Assembly: GCA_963681965.1 (NCBI GenBank) | Contig: OY820579.1 | Span: 2,176,001-2,240,000, forward strand | DNA: 64,000 bases | Reading direction: 5' to 3' | Source: a bacterium | GTDB taxonomy: Bacteria; Electryoneota; JAOADG01 | Shown here: positions 1-9,600 of the stretch, in pieces | Layout of the letters: each line of letters starts with the position of its first letter | Position numbering within the stretch: the stretch's first letter is position 1 | Notes under the pieces: model-generated | What the model was told of the DNA's origin: nothing | Databases searched by the model: none | What the model saw: the letters and a program-made list of their open reading frames with translations, nothing else | Program-made: the position numbers and the translations under genes

Positions 1-381
1 TGGACGCCGCCGAGTATCGGTACATTGAGTGGCAATCTTATCATCACATCGAATGCGACTGCAAATCCAACACTCTCGATTTCGATTACCGGCAATGCCT
101 ATCAAACACCTGGAATTGCCGGTGGCTTATCGATTTCCTGCAACCTGACGACTCACGATGTCACATTAACTTGGACAACTGCCTCCGGTTCGATTACCGG
201 TTATAATATTTACCGGTATGCCACTTCCGGTTATTTCGCACCACCTGGAGTGGGAACACTCATCGGATCAGTTCTCACCCCAACATTGACATACACCGAT
301 ACATCTGTCGGTACTGGAGTAAAATACTTCTATCGAGTCACAACGTACTATACGCCACCCGGTTCGTCCGATTCCAAATAA
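1..381 (+). CDS. 3' end of a secreted Ig-like (ASH-type plus FN3-like) domain protein; runs off the window start
   Basis: Frame 1 is open from base 1: WTPPSIGTLSGNLIITSNATANPTLSISITGNA (ASH-like), then VTLTW...GYNIYR...YTDT...KYFYRV (FN3-like). TAA at 379-381. Confidence 0.7.
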   Translation, partial: WTPPSIGTLSGNLIITSNATANPTLSISITGNAYQTPGIAGGLSISCNLTTHDVTLTWTTASGSITGYNIYRYATSGYFAPPGVGTLIGSVLTPTLTYTDTSVGTGVKYFYRVTTYYTPPGSSDSK

Positions 382-391
382 AATTCATCAG

Positions 392-424
392 CTCCCTCTG
401 TGTTGTCGCAGGGGGAGTTTTTTT
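392..424 (+). terminator. Rho-independent terminator
   Basis: Imperfect hairpin ctccctctg...cagggggag followed by a T run, 10 nt after the stop codon. Confidence 0.65.
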
Positions 425-453
425 ATCGAAAATAGTCGTTGTCGAATATAGAA

Positions 454-594
454 TCTCTTAAAAATAAGTTGTTATCGGTAGTAGGGGCGGACCCCCGTGT
501 CCGCCCGCAGATATATGTAGGTATAGACACTCCTGTCTGTACCAGTTTGGCGAAGCCGATCACCGAATCATGACAACTTATTTTCAAGCACCAC
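454..594 (+). mobile_element. MITE-like element copy 1: inverted-repeat shell enclosing two GTAG REP hairpins
   Basis: Left cttaaaaataagttgttat and right atgacaacttattttcaag are inverted repeats (17/19). Inside are gtaggggcggacccccgtgtccgccc (481) and gtaggtatagacactcctgtctgtacc (517). Related copies at 1735, 8982 and 60539. Confidence 0.6.
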
Positions 595-718
595 AATATT
601 TTTCAGAAGAGGGCAGCTAAGATATTAGGGGGTTTAGAAGAGAAGGTTGTAGTCGCTTTCAATTCTTCTCGCGCGAATGGTGTCGCAAACGTGATTTCAA
701 TCGGAATATCGCTTCCAG

Positions 719-1638
719 TTATTCGAGATGCTGGGGTAATGCAAGGTTTTTAATCACAATATGTCTGTTACTTAGCATACGAGTTTGTTTATTCTTGTCA
801 TTCGATTTAATTATTAGCTGATCGTTATAATACAGTCGAAATAGTCCTCTACGTAAGAAGGATCTAGAATGACGTGAAACGCCATCTACTAAATTGGCAT
901 TAATTACTCGTGTAATATATTCCTCGCTCGGGGGTGAAAATAATAAATGATTAGAAAGAATAAGGGTTATTTGCTCAGCCGTGTAATAGTTTGCCAATTG
1001 CGTGGAATCGATAAAAGTCCATGGCCTTGAATAAGCTACTCCGGCACTGTCAGCTTGACATAAAGCCCGATATGCAGAATCTTGTGACAACAATTGCCGA
1101 TGTCGAATAGCCACATCGGGTGACAGAAGTGAATCCCGTATTGCTTGATTCATACTTACCGTATCGGCAAAGATCGCAACGGTATCCGCTCTCGCATAGA
1201 GGTAATATCGAAACGATAATCTCCCAAATAGATTATTCCGTTGAATAGAAGTATCAAGTTCAGTTGTTAATACAACATCTATTTGATGAACTCCCAAACT
1301 GTCGAGTTGTAATGTTAGAATATTTTTTGCCAGTCATCAACATGAAGTTGATTATTCCAGTGCAAAATGCCATTTAAAACCGATATATGTTTCGATACAT
1401 TGATATCAACAGTAGATCGAGTGGCTATAGGGCACACTTGCAATTCGACAGAAAAGAGAAATGGCTTCGAAGTAGATGGCCAAGTTTCAAATCTACAACC
1501 AAATCGTTGTGGAGATTGCTGATCGCGATAATACGTAATACCTTGCGATGCATACCCGTTCAAAGGGAGCAAAATTAGCACTACGAAAGTTATTAGTATT
1601 GCAAAGACGGTTTTAGAATTCGTATTCAATATTTTCAT
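719..1638 (-). pseudogene. Frameshifted secreted hypothetical protein (~306 aa if repaired)
   Basis: ORF 1315..1638 has a signal peptide (…LLPLNGYA-SQ). ORF 719..1297 is in another frame that is open up to the A6 run at 1323-1328. Adding one A joins them (DWQKNILTLQLDSLGVHQ). Confidence 0.6.
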
Positions 1639-1734
1639 GATTTCTCCACCGAGAAATATTATTCGAAAATCGCGTATTCAAAAGCGCTCCACGCAGCGTT
1701 GTTTTAGGATATAGCAATAATTCTGTAGATAGTA

Positions 1735-1871
1735 TCTCTCGAAAATCGTCGTTAACGGTAGTAGGGGCGGCTCCCCGCGGCCGCCCGCAGGTAGTTGTAG
1801 GTACAGACACAGTATGTACCCATTCGGCAAAGCCGTTCACAGCAACATGACAACTAACTTTCAAGAACCAC
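1735..1871 (+). mobile_element. MITE-like element copy 2, with two GTAG REP hairpins
   Basis: Colinear with 454-594 from end to end: tctctcgaaaatcgtcgttaacggta-gtaggggcggctccccgcggccgccc...gtaggtacagacacagtatgtacc...atgacaactaactttcaagaaccac. Confidence 0.6.
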
Positions 1872-1902
1872 TATCACAATATATAATTTTGCCAGCGCCA
1901 AC

Positions 1903-1932
1903 AAAAACGTCCATGGTTTCCCATGGACGTTT
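1903..1932 (-). terminator. Rho-independent terminator of the 2303-aa gene
   Basis: aaaaacgtccatgg-tttc-ccatggacgttt: a perfect stem with an A tract on + (U tract on -), just past the stop at 1954. Confidence 0.75.
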
Positions 1933-1953
1933 CTGAAGGAACTGATAGAAAGA

Positions 1954-4900
1954 TTACTTCACCAGCACCATCTTCTTCAATGCGGTAAAGGATCCGCTCT
2001 CGATCCGGTAGAAATAAACACCGGTAGCAAGTGCATCCGATCTAAATTTTACTGAATGATATCCTGCCGGTAGATAACTATTGATCAGCGTTGCGACTTG
2101 CTGTCCCAGAGCATTATACACCGTTAACCGTGTCATTCCCGGTTTCTTCAAATCGAATCGAATCGAAGTCGAGGGATTGAATGGATTCGGATAATTCTGG
2201 TGCAACTTGTATGCGATCGGTAAGACTTCATTTTTCGCCGACATTATCGAATCGTGAACAATGATCGTAACCGGTACTGTGATCGTGGTACAAGCATTGG
2301 ACGAGAAAATAATATTTGCCGTCAATATCGTACCATCGGGAATCGTATCGGGTACCGACAGCGTCACTCCAACCTCAAGTAACTGCCCTTCTTCAACTTG
2401 AGCCTCCACAGGCTCGATTCGAACATAGCTGTAGAGTGAATTTACATTGAACTCAACACAATAATTGGTCAGCCCGTTGACAAAGGTAGAATCGGAGTAA
2501 ATGTTAATACCCCCCGGACCTTCGTTGTCGATGCCCGCTACCGGACGATTAGTGCTGTCAGCAATCATCATCCCCAAACTCTGGTACTGAATCTTGACCA
2601 AACCATTTTCGTATATCACGAATTGGTAAGTCTTGCTGTATGCTGGATTGTTCTGATATTGTGCGTCGAAATACCGAACATTGTTAAACTGAATCACCAT
2701 CCGATTCGGTGCAGTCAATGTCTGATAATAATATTGCGATGCGCCTACAACATGGAAATTGTCGGTCTTGTACGCAGCGATCTGGTAGAAGCTATCCGGC
2801 AAAGTGCCAATGTATGGGCAGCCATCGTAATAGGGTCGGAACGTGATGAATCCATTCGCTGAAATATACAGTGTATCGAACATCTGTCCGTAGAACGGCA
2901 TCGAAAAGCCAATGGGAAATCCATTCGACCAACCGTCATCGTCGTCTCGAGTTCCGTTCGGGAATCTCAAGACTTCCGCTCCGGTTTGAGAAATATCTTC
3001 CCAATTATAGGTCGCACCACTGCCCTGATTGTCGCGTGCGATATACCCGAATTCATCGCGACCCCACTCATTATCTTCAGGTGAAGTGCGAATTGGATAG
3101 TTGGCATGTACCCAATGGGCATAGTTCGCTTTTTCTTCCCGTGTACCCATTACTGGAACCGGTGGATGTCGCGGATCGGGTTGAATCGGGTGCAACGGTT
3201 GGATCGGGCGAAGACGAAGCGTCGAATTATCGGTCGGATAAGTTACCGATGCCTCATATTCCAGCATATAATCGCCTTGATTGCGAAGAATAATCGTCTG
3301 AGAGATTGAATCTCCATGAACGACTGCACACTCAAGCGAGGTTGGGCTAACCGAGATTTCCGGAGAACCGAGAACGTCGTCGAACCGAACCGTATCGGGA
3401 CCCGGGAAATCCTGATTGGCGTATGTTATGAGCGGGTACATACAAGGTTTGTGAACGATCATGTTGTACGTGCCCGACGGAATGGTGATCGACCAGCGAC
3501 CTTGTGCATTCGTCGTTGTTTCCCACTGGTTGTGAATGCGAATCGTCGCACCCGCGATCGGTGCATCATTATCCCGATGAACCAATCCACTTGCGCTCAC
3601 AGTAGATGGACCGGTGATCTGAACATTATCGACAAATAGATTCGGTCCATTCCGATTATAAGAAATGAATCCAATCTGTACCGATGTTTGACCAATAACT
3701 GTTTGTGGCAGCCAAGCTTCGGCATGTCCCCAATTTTCAGCCGATGGCGGGGGATTCCCCGGATCGCCACCGGTACCCGGTGTGACTCTCAAATTCGATG
3801 CGGAGTCGTTACTATTGCCCATACGACGCCAGACTAACGAACGGGTAGTTCCGCCATCAATCGTGTAGTAAACATCCAAAGTATCGAATGACTGCCACCA
3901 GTCGCTCGAGTAGAACCAATCGAATGTTACTCTCACAAAAGAAACGCTATCCGCGCGGAACGGCGGCGACCACAATTCGTCGAGCTGTCCTGTACTTGGC
4001 CAATAATTCATGAACTGCATTTGGGCACTACCGTTCGTACCGCGAACATAACGATCCCATGTGACCAAATTGTCGGAATTGACCAACGTCCAATCTGGCG
4101 GTGGGAATTGAGCGATATCGAAGTTTTGAGCAAATGGCAATGTAAACGAACCTTGCGTACGGAACGCGAGACTTGGTGAAAAAGCCGTCACGACATGATT
4201 GCCATTTCTCGCCATAATCCGAATGACATAATCCGTATTTGCGAGTAACCCAATTACTGATGCTTGTGCACCCCACTGTTCAACCGTCCGCCAAATTGTA
4301 TCTGCACCCAAACGACTATTCAACTGAAGCCATTCGTTATTGATGTTGATCGCATACTGAGTGTAGGTTGGATTGGGGTGAATATTGTCGTTCCGGATTT
4401 CAATAAACACTGAAGTAATACCGATGTTGCTCGTCGCAGGAACAATTGGATCGGTCGCTAATGTCCAGCTATTGGTCGCGGCGCGATCGGTAGAAATAAT
4501 CGTTCCATTCTTCGATGCTACCTGATAATAGTAGCGCGTATTGGGTAAGAGGTTTGTATCAGAGGCTGTCGTTACATTCGCAGCGACATCGAAAATATGG
4601 ATAAATCCAGTATCGGAAACCGATCGATAAATCGCAAACCCTGTCTCGGTGGTTGATCGATCGTGCCACTGAAGCTGTGCCGAAGTATTCGTTACGGTTT
4701 CAAATCGCAGACTATCGGGACAAATCGGTGCAATACCGGTACCAGTGGTAAATGACCAGATCGGACCGGGATTGGTGGTCGCGTCATTGGCTGAAGTTAC
4801 TTGCCAGTAGTAGGTAGCATTGGCACCTAGGTTACTCGGTACAGTAAACGAAGTAGCTGTAATTGCTGTTGCGATTTCTGCTACCGGTGGATTTTCCGAA

Positions 4901-7900
4901 TCGAATTTGATCGAATAGGTTGTTGCAGCAGAAGCTGGAATCCAACTTAACGTCACGTTTTGCGGAACGTTCGTTGCTAAATCCGCCGGGATTGGACTCG
5001 AGGCTTGACCTAACGAGTAGAACCGATACGTTGTATTCGCTGCCGGGAGTGGAGGAGCATATTGAATGCCCCGAGTACCCATTCGATCTTGGATCGCTGC
5101 CGCGTCAATCATAAGATTGCCGTTTATCGCACCGTATACGACATCGAAGATTCCCGTTTGGTATAATACGATTTGCGCGTTTACAGTTTGATCGGTCGAA
5201 CCTAGCGCATGTAAGTTCGAATAGGTAATCAACATTCGAGTCGGATTCGCCAGGTTTTCATAGGTGATTGTTGCTGGTGGATCGACGGACATGTCGTGAT
5301 TCCAAAAGTAAATTCCCGCCGGGAAATCCAGTAATGGAAATTCCGATGCCCAGTAACTCTGTGGATCGCGACGACCGAATTGAATACGTCCATTCGTTCC
5401 GCTATAGAACTCGGTATACGTCGTATCGTAGAAATGGAATGTGAAACCAATCGGGTATGGACCGGCAGTACCATCATCGGTCGTTGCCCAACCATCGTTG
5501 GTTACCCAGCCGGAGACCGTTGTAGCAGCCGCCGATGGAGTAATCCAGTTATATTGCGGACCACCGATAGCATTCGAAGTGATATACCGGTAACCAAATG
5601 CATCGGGACCGCCATGGTTGATATCGGCAGTAGTAATCGATGCCGACATACCGGGTGATGCTTCTACACCGTTGCCATTCATCGCGGTCACTGCAAATGA
5701 GTAAGTAGCACCCGATGTCAAACCACTTATAACAAAGTTATTCCACCCGTTTCGCGATGACTGTCTCGGGGTAGCTGTACCCAACGTACCGTCCGGCATC
5801 ACCCACCGATTAGTAGTGGTTTCGCGAACTTTGTAAATCGTGCTGGGACCATTTTGATCGATACCAATACCCGTTATCGCGATCGTATAGAAACCCAGAC
5901 CTGATAGTGCGAGACTTGGCATACCGGCACTGAGCGGTAAAGTCCAGCCATTCGCAGAGGTGTAGTTAATCGATGTGAGACCGCCATTTTGCGCGTAGAT
6001 CCGATACCCATATCGCGTACACGGATTTAAGCCCTGATTCGTGTATGAAGTTGTACCCGCCGCGGTCGTTGTCAATACTTCATACGGTCCACCTTCGACC
6101 GATCGGGTGATCGGGAATCCGGTTTCATTGGTGGAGTTATCGACCCACTGAACAGTGAGGCTTGAAGAGGTTGACGATTGATTATCGATCGAACCGCCAC
6201 TGGGAGCATTTGGTGCGTTACCGGTTCCCGTCGTAAACGACCATACTGGACCGGGATTAACCAAGGTGCTATCGGTATTGCCATACGCAATGACTTGCCA
6301 GTAGTAGGTCGTACCGGGCGATAGCGTTGCCGTATACGTCGTGTCGGTTTGGTGGTGCGAGACCGTTGCGACTGGCGGATTTTCGGTATCAAACAAAACA
6401 TCGTAGTTGATCGCTGCGGTAGCCGGTCGCCAGCTTAAAATCGCATTGAGCGGAACATTGGTTGCGAGATTTGTCGGCAATGGATCGTTCGCCTGACCCA
6501 GACGATAGAACATGTAGGTACAGTTGGCTGCTGGTATCGGCGGTGCATACTGGATTCCTCGCGTACCGTTGCGATCCTGTATCGCCGCGGCATCAATAAT
6601 CAGCTCGTTATTGATCTGACCATAGACAACATAAAATTCGCCGGTTTCGCGAAGTACGACTTGAACGTCAACGGTTGCAGTCGCTGGCCAGAGTGCGTGA
6701 AAACCGGAATAAGTGATCACCAACCGATTGGGATTCGTCAGATTTTCGTAATTGACTATTGTCGGCGATTCGACCGACATGTCGTGATTCCAGAAGTAAA
6801 TACCTGCCGGAAAATTCACTAGCGGAAAAGTCGATTCCCAATAGCTCATTGGATCGCGCGAACCAAATTGAATTCGTCCATTGGTTCCACAGTAGAACTG
6901 AGTATAGGTTGTATCGTAAAATGGGAAGGTAAAACCGATCGGATACGGTCCTGCAGAGCCATCATCGGTTGTTGCCCATCCGTCGTTGGACGCCCATCCG
7001 GAAACCTGTGCTGCAGTTGTCGAAGGTGCAATCCAATTATGAGTCGGTCCACCGACTGCATTCGAAGTAATATAGCGATAGCCGTAAGCGTCCGGACCAC
7101 CGTGATTGAGATCGTTGGTCGTGATACTCGCTGCCGGTCCTGCCAAAGCTGCGACACCGTTACCATTGACTGCGGTAACTGCAAATAAATAGTTAACACC
7201 CGAGGACAAGTTGACGACCTCGTAATTGTTCCACCCTTCGCGACCAACCAGTCTCGGAGTATCAGTACCAAGTGATCCGTCGCCGAGAACCCACATGGTG
7301 CTATTCAATTCCTGGATTTTGTATTGAGTATTGGAACCGTTCAGATCCTCACCCAGATTATTAATAAAGATCGAATAATAACCTTGACCGGATAAACTTA
7401 CAGATGGAACCGAGGCTGAAACAGGATTAGTCCAGGTATTGGCTTCGGCATAATTCACTGATGTTGCCGATGCATTTTGAACATGGATATGGTACCAATA
7501 TTGACTACCGGGAATTAAGTTGTTGTCGGTATACGTCGTCGAACCCGCTGGAGCAACTCCGATCTGAGTAAAAGTCTCACCATCGGTAGATCGCGTAATT
7601 GGAAAGCCCGTTTCAGTCGTGGAATTGCGTTGCCAAGTGACTGTCAACGAGGTCGTGGGATTCGTAGCAGACGGCTCTACAGCCCCATTCGATGGTGCAG
7701 GAAGCGCTGATCCGGTACCTGTGGTAAACGACCAGATGGCGCTTTCACTCGATTGGGTACGGTCGGCATTAAACGCAATCACTTTCCAGTAATAGGTCGT
7801 ATTGGCAGCTAATGTCGGAACATAAAAAGTATCGGTTTGTGCTGATGAAACTAATGTCACCGGAGGGTTGACAGTGCCGAAGTAAACATCGTATGTCGTA

Positions 7901-8865
7901 GCTAAAGCCGCTCTGCGCCATCGTAATGCCGTGTTCGTTGGAACGTTTAATGCCGCATTCGCTGGTATCGGAGATTCCGGACGACCCAGAGTATAGATGA
8001 CAACTGCCCGGTTATTAGCGAGCAGGTTGTTGGGATTGGTATCGTATGCAATCTGCAATCCAATCGTACCCTGTTCATTTTGGATACCGACCGTCGATGA
8101 AGATAGTTCTCCAACCAATGATCGGTACTGCATTTTGATCAATCCATTGGGTGAAAGGATGACTTGGAAGTCGAAGGTATCCTCTTCCGCGCCCCAGTGG
8201 CTTGACTGGAGCCAACTAACAACAAAGTTCCCCGCAACTTGCTGATAGCGGAGATTGTTCGAAATTAAATCATCCCAAAAGGGGGCGATTAACGCACGGG
8301 GAGCACCACCGAACAAAGAGGTATCGGTATTTGGAAGCACAGTCTCGGACAGATAACCACCACCCGAAACTGGTCGATTGGCAAAAGCTGCGTCGAACGA
8401 TAACCAGCCATTGTCGCTAATCGTGACCTGAGTGTAAGTCTGTCCATAAAAGGGAAAAGTGAAACCGAGATCTACCATCGCACTCGATCCATCATCGCCG
8501 GATGGTCCTAAGTTGCCATTGGAAATATCGATCCAGGAATAGGTCGGTCCACCGGTCTCCCGGTCATCCATCCAGCGATAGCCGGCGCCGTCGGGACCAC
8601 CGAAATCGTCGGTAGCGGACGTACGAGAAATGAATGAGTTCGGGTGACGAGCACGAATTAATTGCTCGATGATCGGATAGGCAAACGCCTTTTTCGATTG
8701 CGAAATCCGTTCTCCCTGCAACATTCGCTCGGCAATTTGTCGGGCGTATTGTTCCTTTGCTGGGGTGGGATAACTGCTAGTTGAAGCCAATGCTGTGGCG
8801 ACTGTGAAGACGCCGAGCACTAAAAAAACAAGTGCAACATAAGTGAATCTATCTGAATTCATCAT
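1954..8865 (-). CDS. Giant secreted T9SS-cargo protein with three ~500-aa repeats (GGPD-initiated beta domain plus FN3 domains)
   Basis: Signal peptide. GGPDxxGYR motifs at 1500- and 1488-bp spacing. FN3 motifs (W...N.T.ETGF...Y.YR). Cleaved-adhesin-like and carboxypeptidase-regulatory-like segments. C-terminal [13 protein letters not shown]...GVYFYRI...KKMVLVK. Confidence 0.9.
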   Translation of the reverse strand: MMNSDRFTYVALVFLVLGVFTVATALASTSSYPTPAKEQYARQIAERMLQGERISQSKKAFAYPIIEQLIRARHPNSFISRTSATDDFGGPDGAGYRWMDDRETGGPTYSWIDISNGNLGPSGDDGSSAMVDLGFTFPFYGQTYTQVTISDNGWLSFDAAFANRPVSGGGYLSETVLPNTDTSLFGGAPRALIAPFWDDLISNNLRYQQVAGNFVVSWLQSSHWGAEEDTFDFQVILSPNGLIKMQYRSLVGELSSSTVGIQNEQGTIGLQIAYDTNPNNLLANNRAVVIYTLGRPESPIPANAALNVPTNTALRWRRAALATTYDVYFGTVNPPVTLVSSAQTDTFYVPTLAANTTYYWKVIAFNADRTQSSESAIWSFTTGTGSALPAPSNGAVEPSATNPTTSLTVTWQRNSTTETGFPITRSTDGETFTQIGVAPAGSTTYTDNNLIPGSQYWYHIHVQNASATSVNYAEANTWTNPVSASVPSVSLSGQGYYSIFINNLGEDLNGSNTQYKIQELNSTMWVLGDGSLGTDTPRLVGREGWNNYEVVNLSSGVNYLFAVTAVNGNGVAALAGPAASITTNDLNHGGPDAYGYRYITSNAVGGPTHNWIAPSTTAAQVSGWASNDGWATTDDGSAGPYPIGFTFPFYDTTYTQFYCGTNGRIQFGSRDPMSYWESTFPLVNFPAGIYFWNHDMSVESPTIVNYENLTNPNRLVITYSGFHALWPATATVDVQVVLRETGEFYVVYGQINNELIIDAAAIQDRNGTRGIQYAPPIPAANCTYMFYRLGQANDPLPTNLATNVPLNAILSWRPATAAINYDVLFDTENPPVATVSHHQTDTTYTATLSPGTTYYWQVIAYGNTDSTLVNPGPVWSFTTGTGNAPNAPSGGSIDNQSSTSSSLTVQWVDNSTNETGFPITRSVEGGPYEVLTTTAAGTTSYTNQGLNPCTRYGYRIYAQNGGLTSINYTSANGWTLPLSAGMPSLALSGLGFYTIAITGIGIDQNGPSTIYKVRETTTNRWVMPDGTLGTATPRQSSRNGWNNFVISGLTSGATYSFAVTAMNGNGVEASPGMSASITTADINHGGPDAFGYRYITSNAIGGPQYNWITPSAAATTVSGWVTNDGWATTDDGTAGPYPIGFTFHFYDTTYTEFYSGTNGRIQFGRRDPQSYWASEFPLLDFPAGIYFWNHDMSVDPPATITYENLANPTRMLITYSNLHALGSTDQTVNAQIVLYQTGIFDVVYGAINGNLMIDAAAIQDRMGTRGIQYAPPLPAANTTYRFYSLGQASSPIPADLATNVPQNVTLSWIPASAATTYSIKFDSENPPVAEIATAITATSFTVPSNLGANATYYWQVTSANDATTNPGPIWSFTTGTGIAPICPDSLRFETVTNTSAQLQWHDRSTTETGFAIYRSVSDTGFIHIFDVAANVTTASDTNLLPNTRYYYQVASKNGTIISTDRAATNSWTLATDPIVPATSNIGITSVFIEIRNDNIHPNPTYTQYAININNEWLQLNSRLGADTIWRTVEQWGAQASVIGLLANTDYVIRIMARNGNHVVTAFSPSLAFRTQGSFTLPFAQNFDIAQFPPPDWTLVNSDNLVTWDRYVRGTNGSAQMQFMNYWPSTGQLDELWSPPFRADSVSFVRVTFDWFYSSDWWQSFDTLDVYYTIDGGTTRSLVWRRMGNSNDSASNLRVTPGTGGDPGNPPPSAENWGHAEAWLPQTVIGQTSVQIGFISYNRNGPNLFVDNVQITGPSTVSASGLVHRDNDAPIAGATIRIHNQWETTTNAQGRWSITIPSGTYNMIVHKPCMYPLITYANQDFPGPDTVRFDDVLGSPEISVSPTSLECAVVHGDSISQTIILRNQGDYMLEYEASVTYPTDNSTLRLRPIQPLHPIQPDPRHPPVPVMGTREEKANYAHWVHANYPIRTSPEDNEWGRDEFGYIARDNQGSGATYNWEDISQTGAEVLRFPNGTRDDDDGWSNGFPIGFSMPFYGQMFDTLYISANGFITFRPYYDGCPYIGTLPDSFYQIAAYKTDNFHVVGASQYYYQTLTAPNRMVIQFNNVRYFDAQYQNNPAYSKTYQFVIYENGLVKIQYQSLGMMIADSTNRPVAGIDNEGPGGINIYSDSTFVNGLTNYCVEFNVNSLYSYVRIEPVEAQVEEGQLLEVGVTLSVPDTIPDGTILTANIIFSSNACTTITVPVTIIVHDSIMSAKNEVLPIAYKLHQNYPNPFNPSTSIRFDLKKPGMTRLTVYNALGQQVATLINSYLPAGYHSVKFRSDALATGVYFYRIESGSFTALKKMVLVK

Positions 8866-8981
8866 ATACCTCCGACTTTTGAGTAAACACGCGCTAAGTA
8901 AGAATAATCTGGACCCAAATGACGATTGAAGGCGTCGTATTGGGCAAGAAAAAGCCTACTCCAGTTCGTGAGGATGATATA

Positions 8982-9084
8982 GTGGTTCTTCGAATAAGTT
9001 GTCGACGCTAGTAGGGTGGATTGCATTCCGCCCGGTAGTCAGGCAGCTCCCAAACAGCGTATGGACAAGTTATATAACTCGAGA
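8982..9084 (+). mobile_element. MITE-like element copy 3 (degenerate), one GTAG hairpin
   Basis: gtggttcttcgaataagttgtc resembles the reverse complement of the right ends of copies 1 and 2. GTAG hairpin at 9011. Right end gacaagttatataactcgaga. Confidence 0.45.
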
Positions 9085-9600
9085 TGCCATCGCGGAAAAA
9101 AATCCAGTGAAGCACCCACCTGAAATTATAAAACGATCAAGTGGTGAAATCACCTATCATTCTAACGGGTAGCCTTAGATTGATAAAAAATTATCATAAC
9201 TCGCCGATTTCATTTTTGAATGGAAGTGCAAAAGCTACTAACCAGCGATTCTTATCAAAAAGTATCGAATATCAGCTCATTCAACAACGATGAAAAGCTT
9301 GTTTTTCGAACGCAGATCGATCAGGAAGAAAGTAGTATGTTCATTTCTGTGAATGGTAATTCCGATTATAACGCGTAATCACCAAAATATACTTAATAAT
9401 TATAATAAATACAATATAATATAAATGCTGATTCTGACGCTGATAGTGCGAGCATTGCAATGGGTCACATCTCTTAGAGATCAAAACTATATGAAAAAAC
9501 AAGTATTAACTGATCGACTCACATTCACAAAAAAACCGAAACATCTGAAATGATCAGTGATAAGTCGTCAATCCGATTTTTTGAATTACTCTTACGATCG

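Noticed and set aside
1954-8865. Diversity-generating retroelement template/variable repeat pair among the internal repeats
   Set aside because: The differences inspected are mostly synonymous and not adenine-specific, both copies are coding, and no reverse transcriptase is in the window.
9090-9600. Long AT-rich intergenic region as an ncRNA or replication origin (also 18330-18797)
   Set aside because: No DnaA-box array, stable fold or known motif was seen; it is consistent with ordinary promoter DNA.
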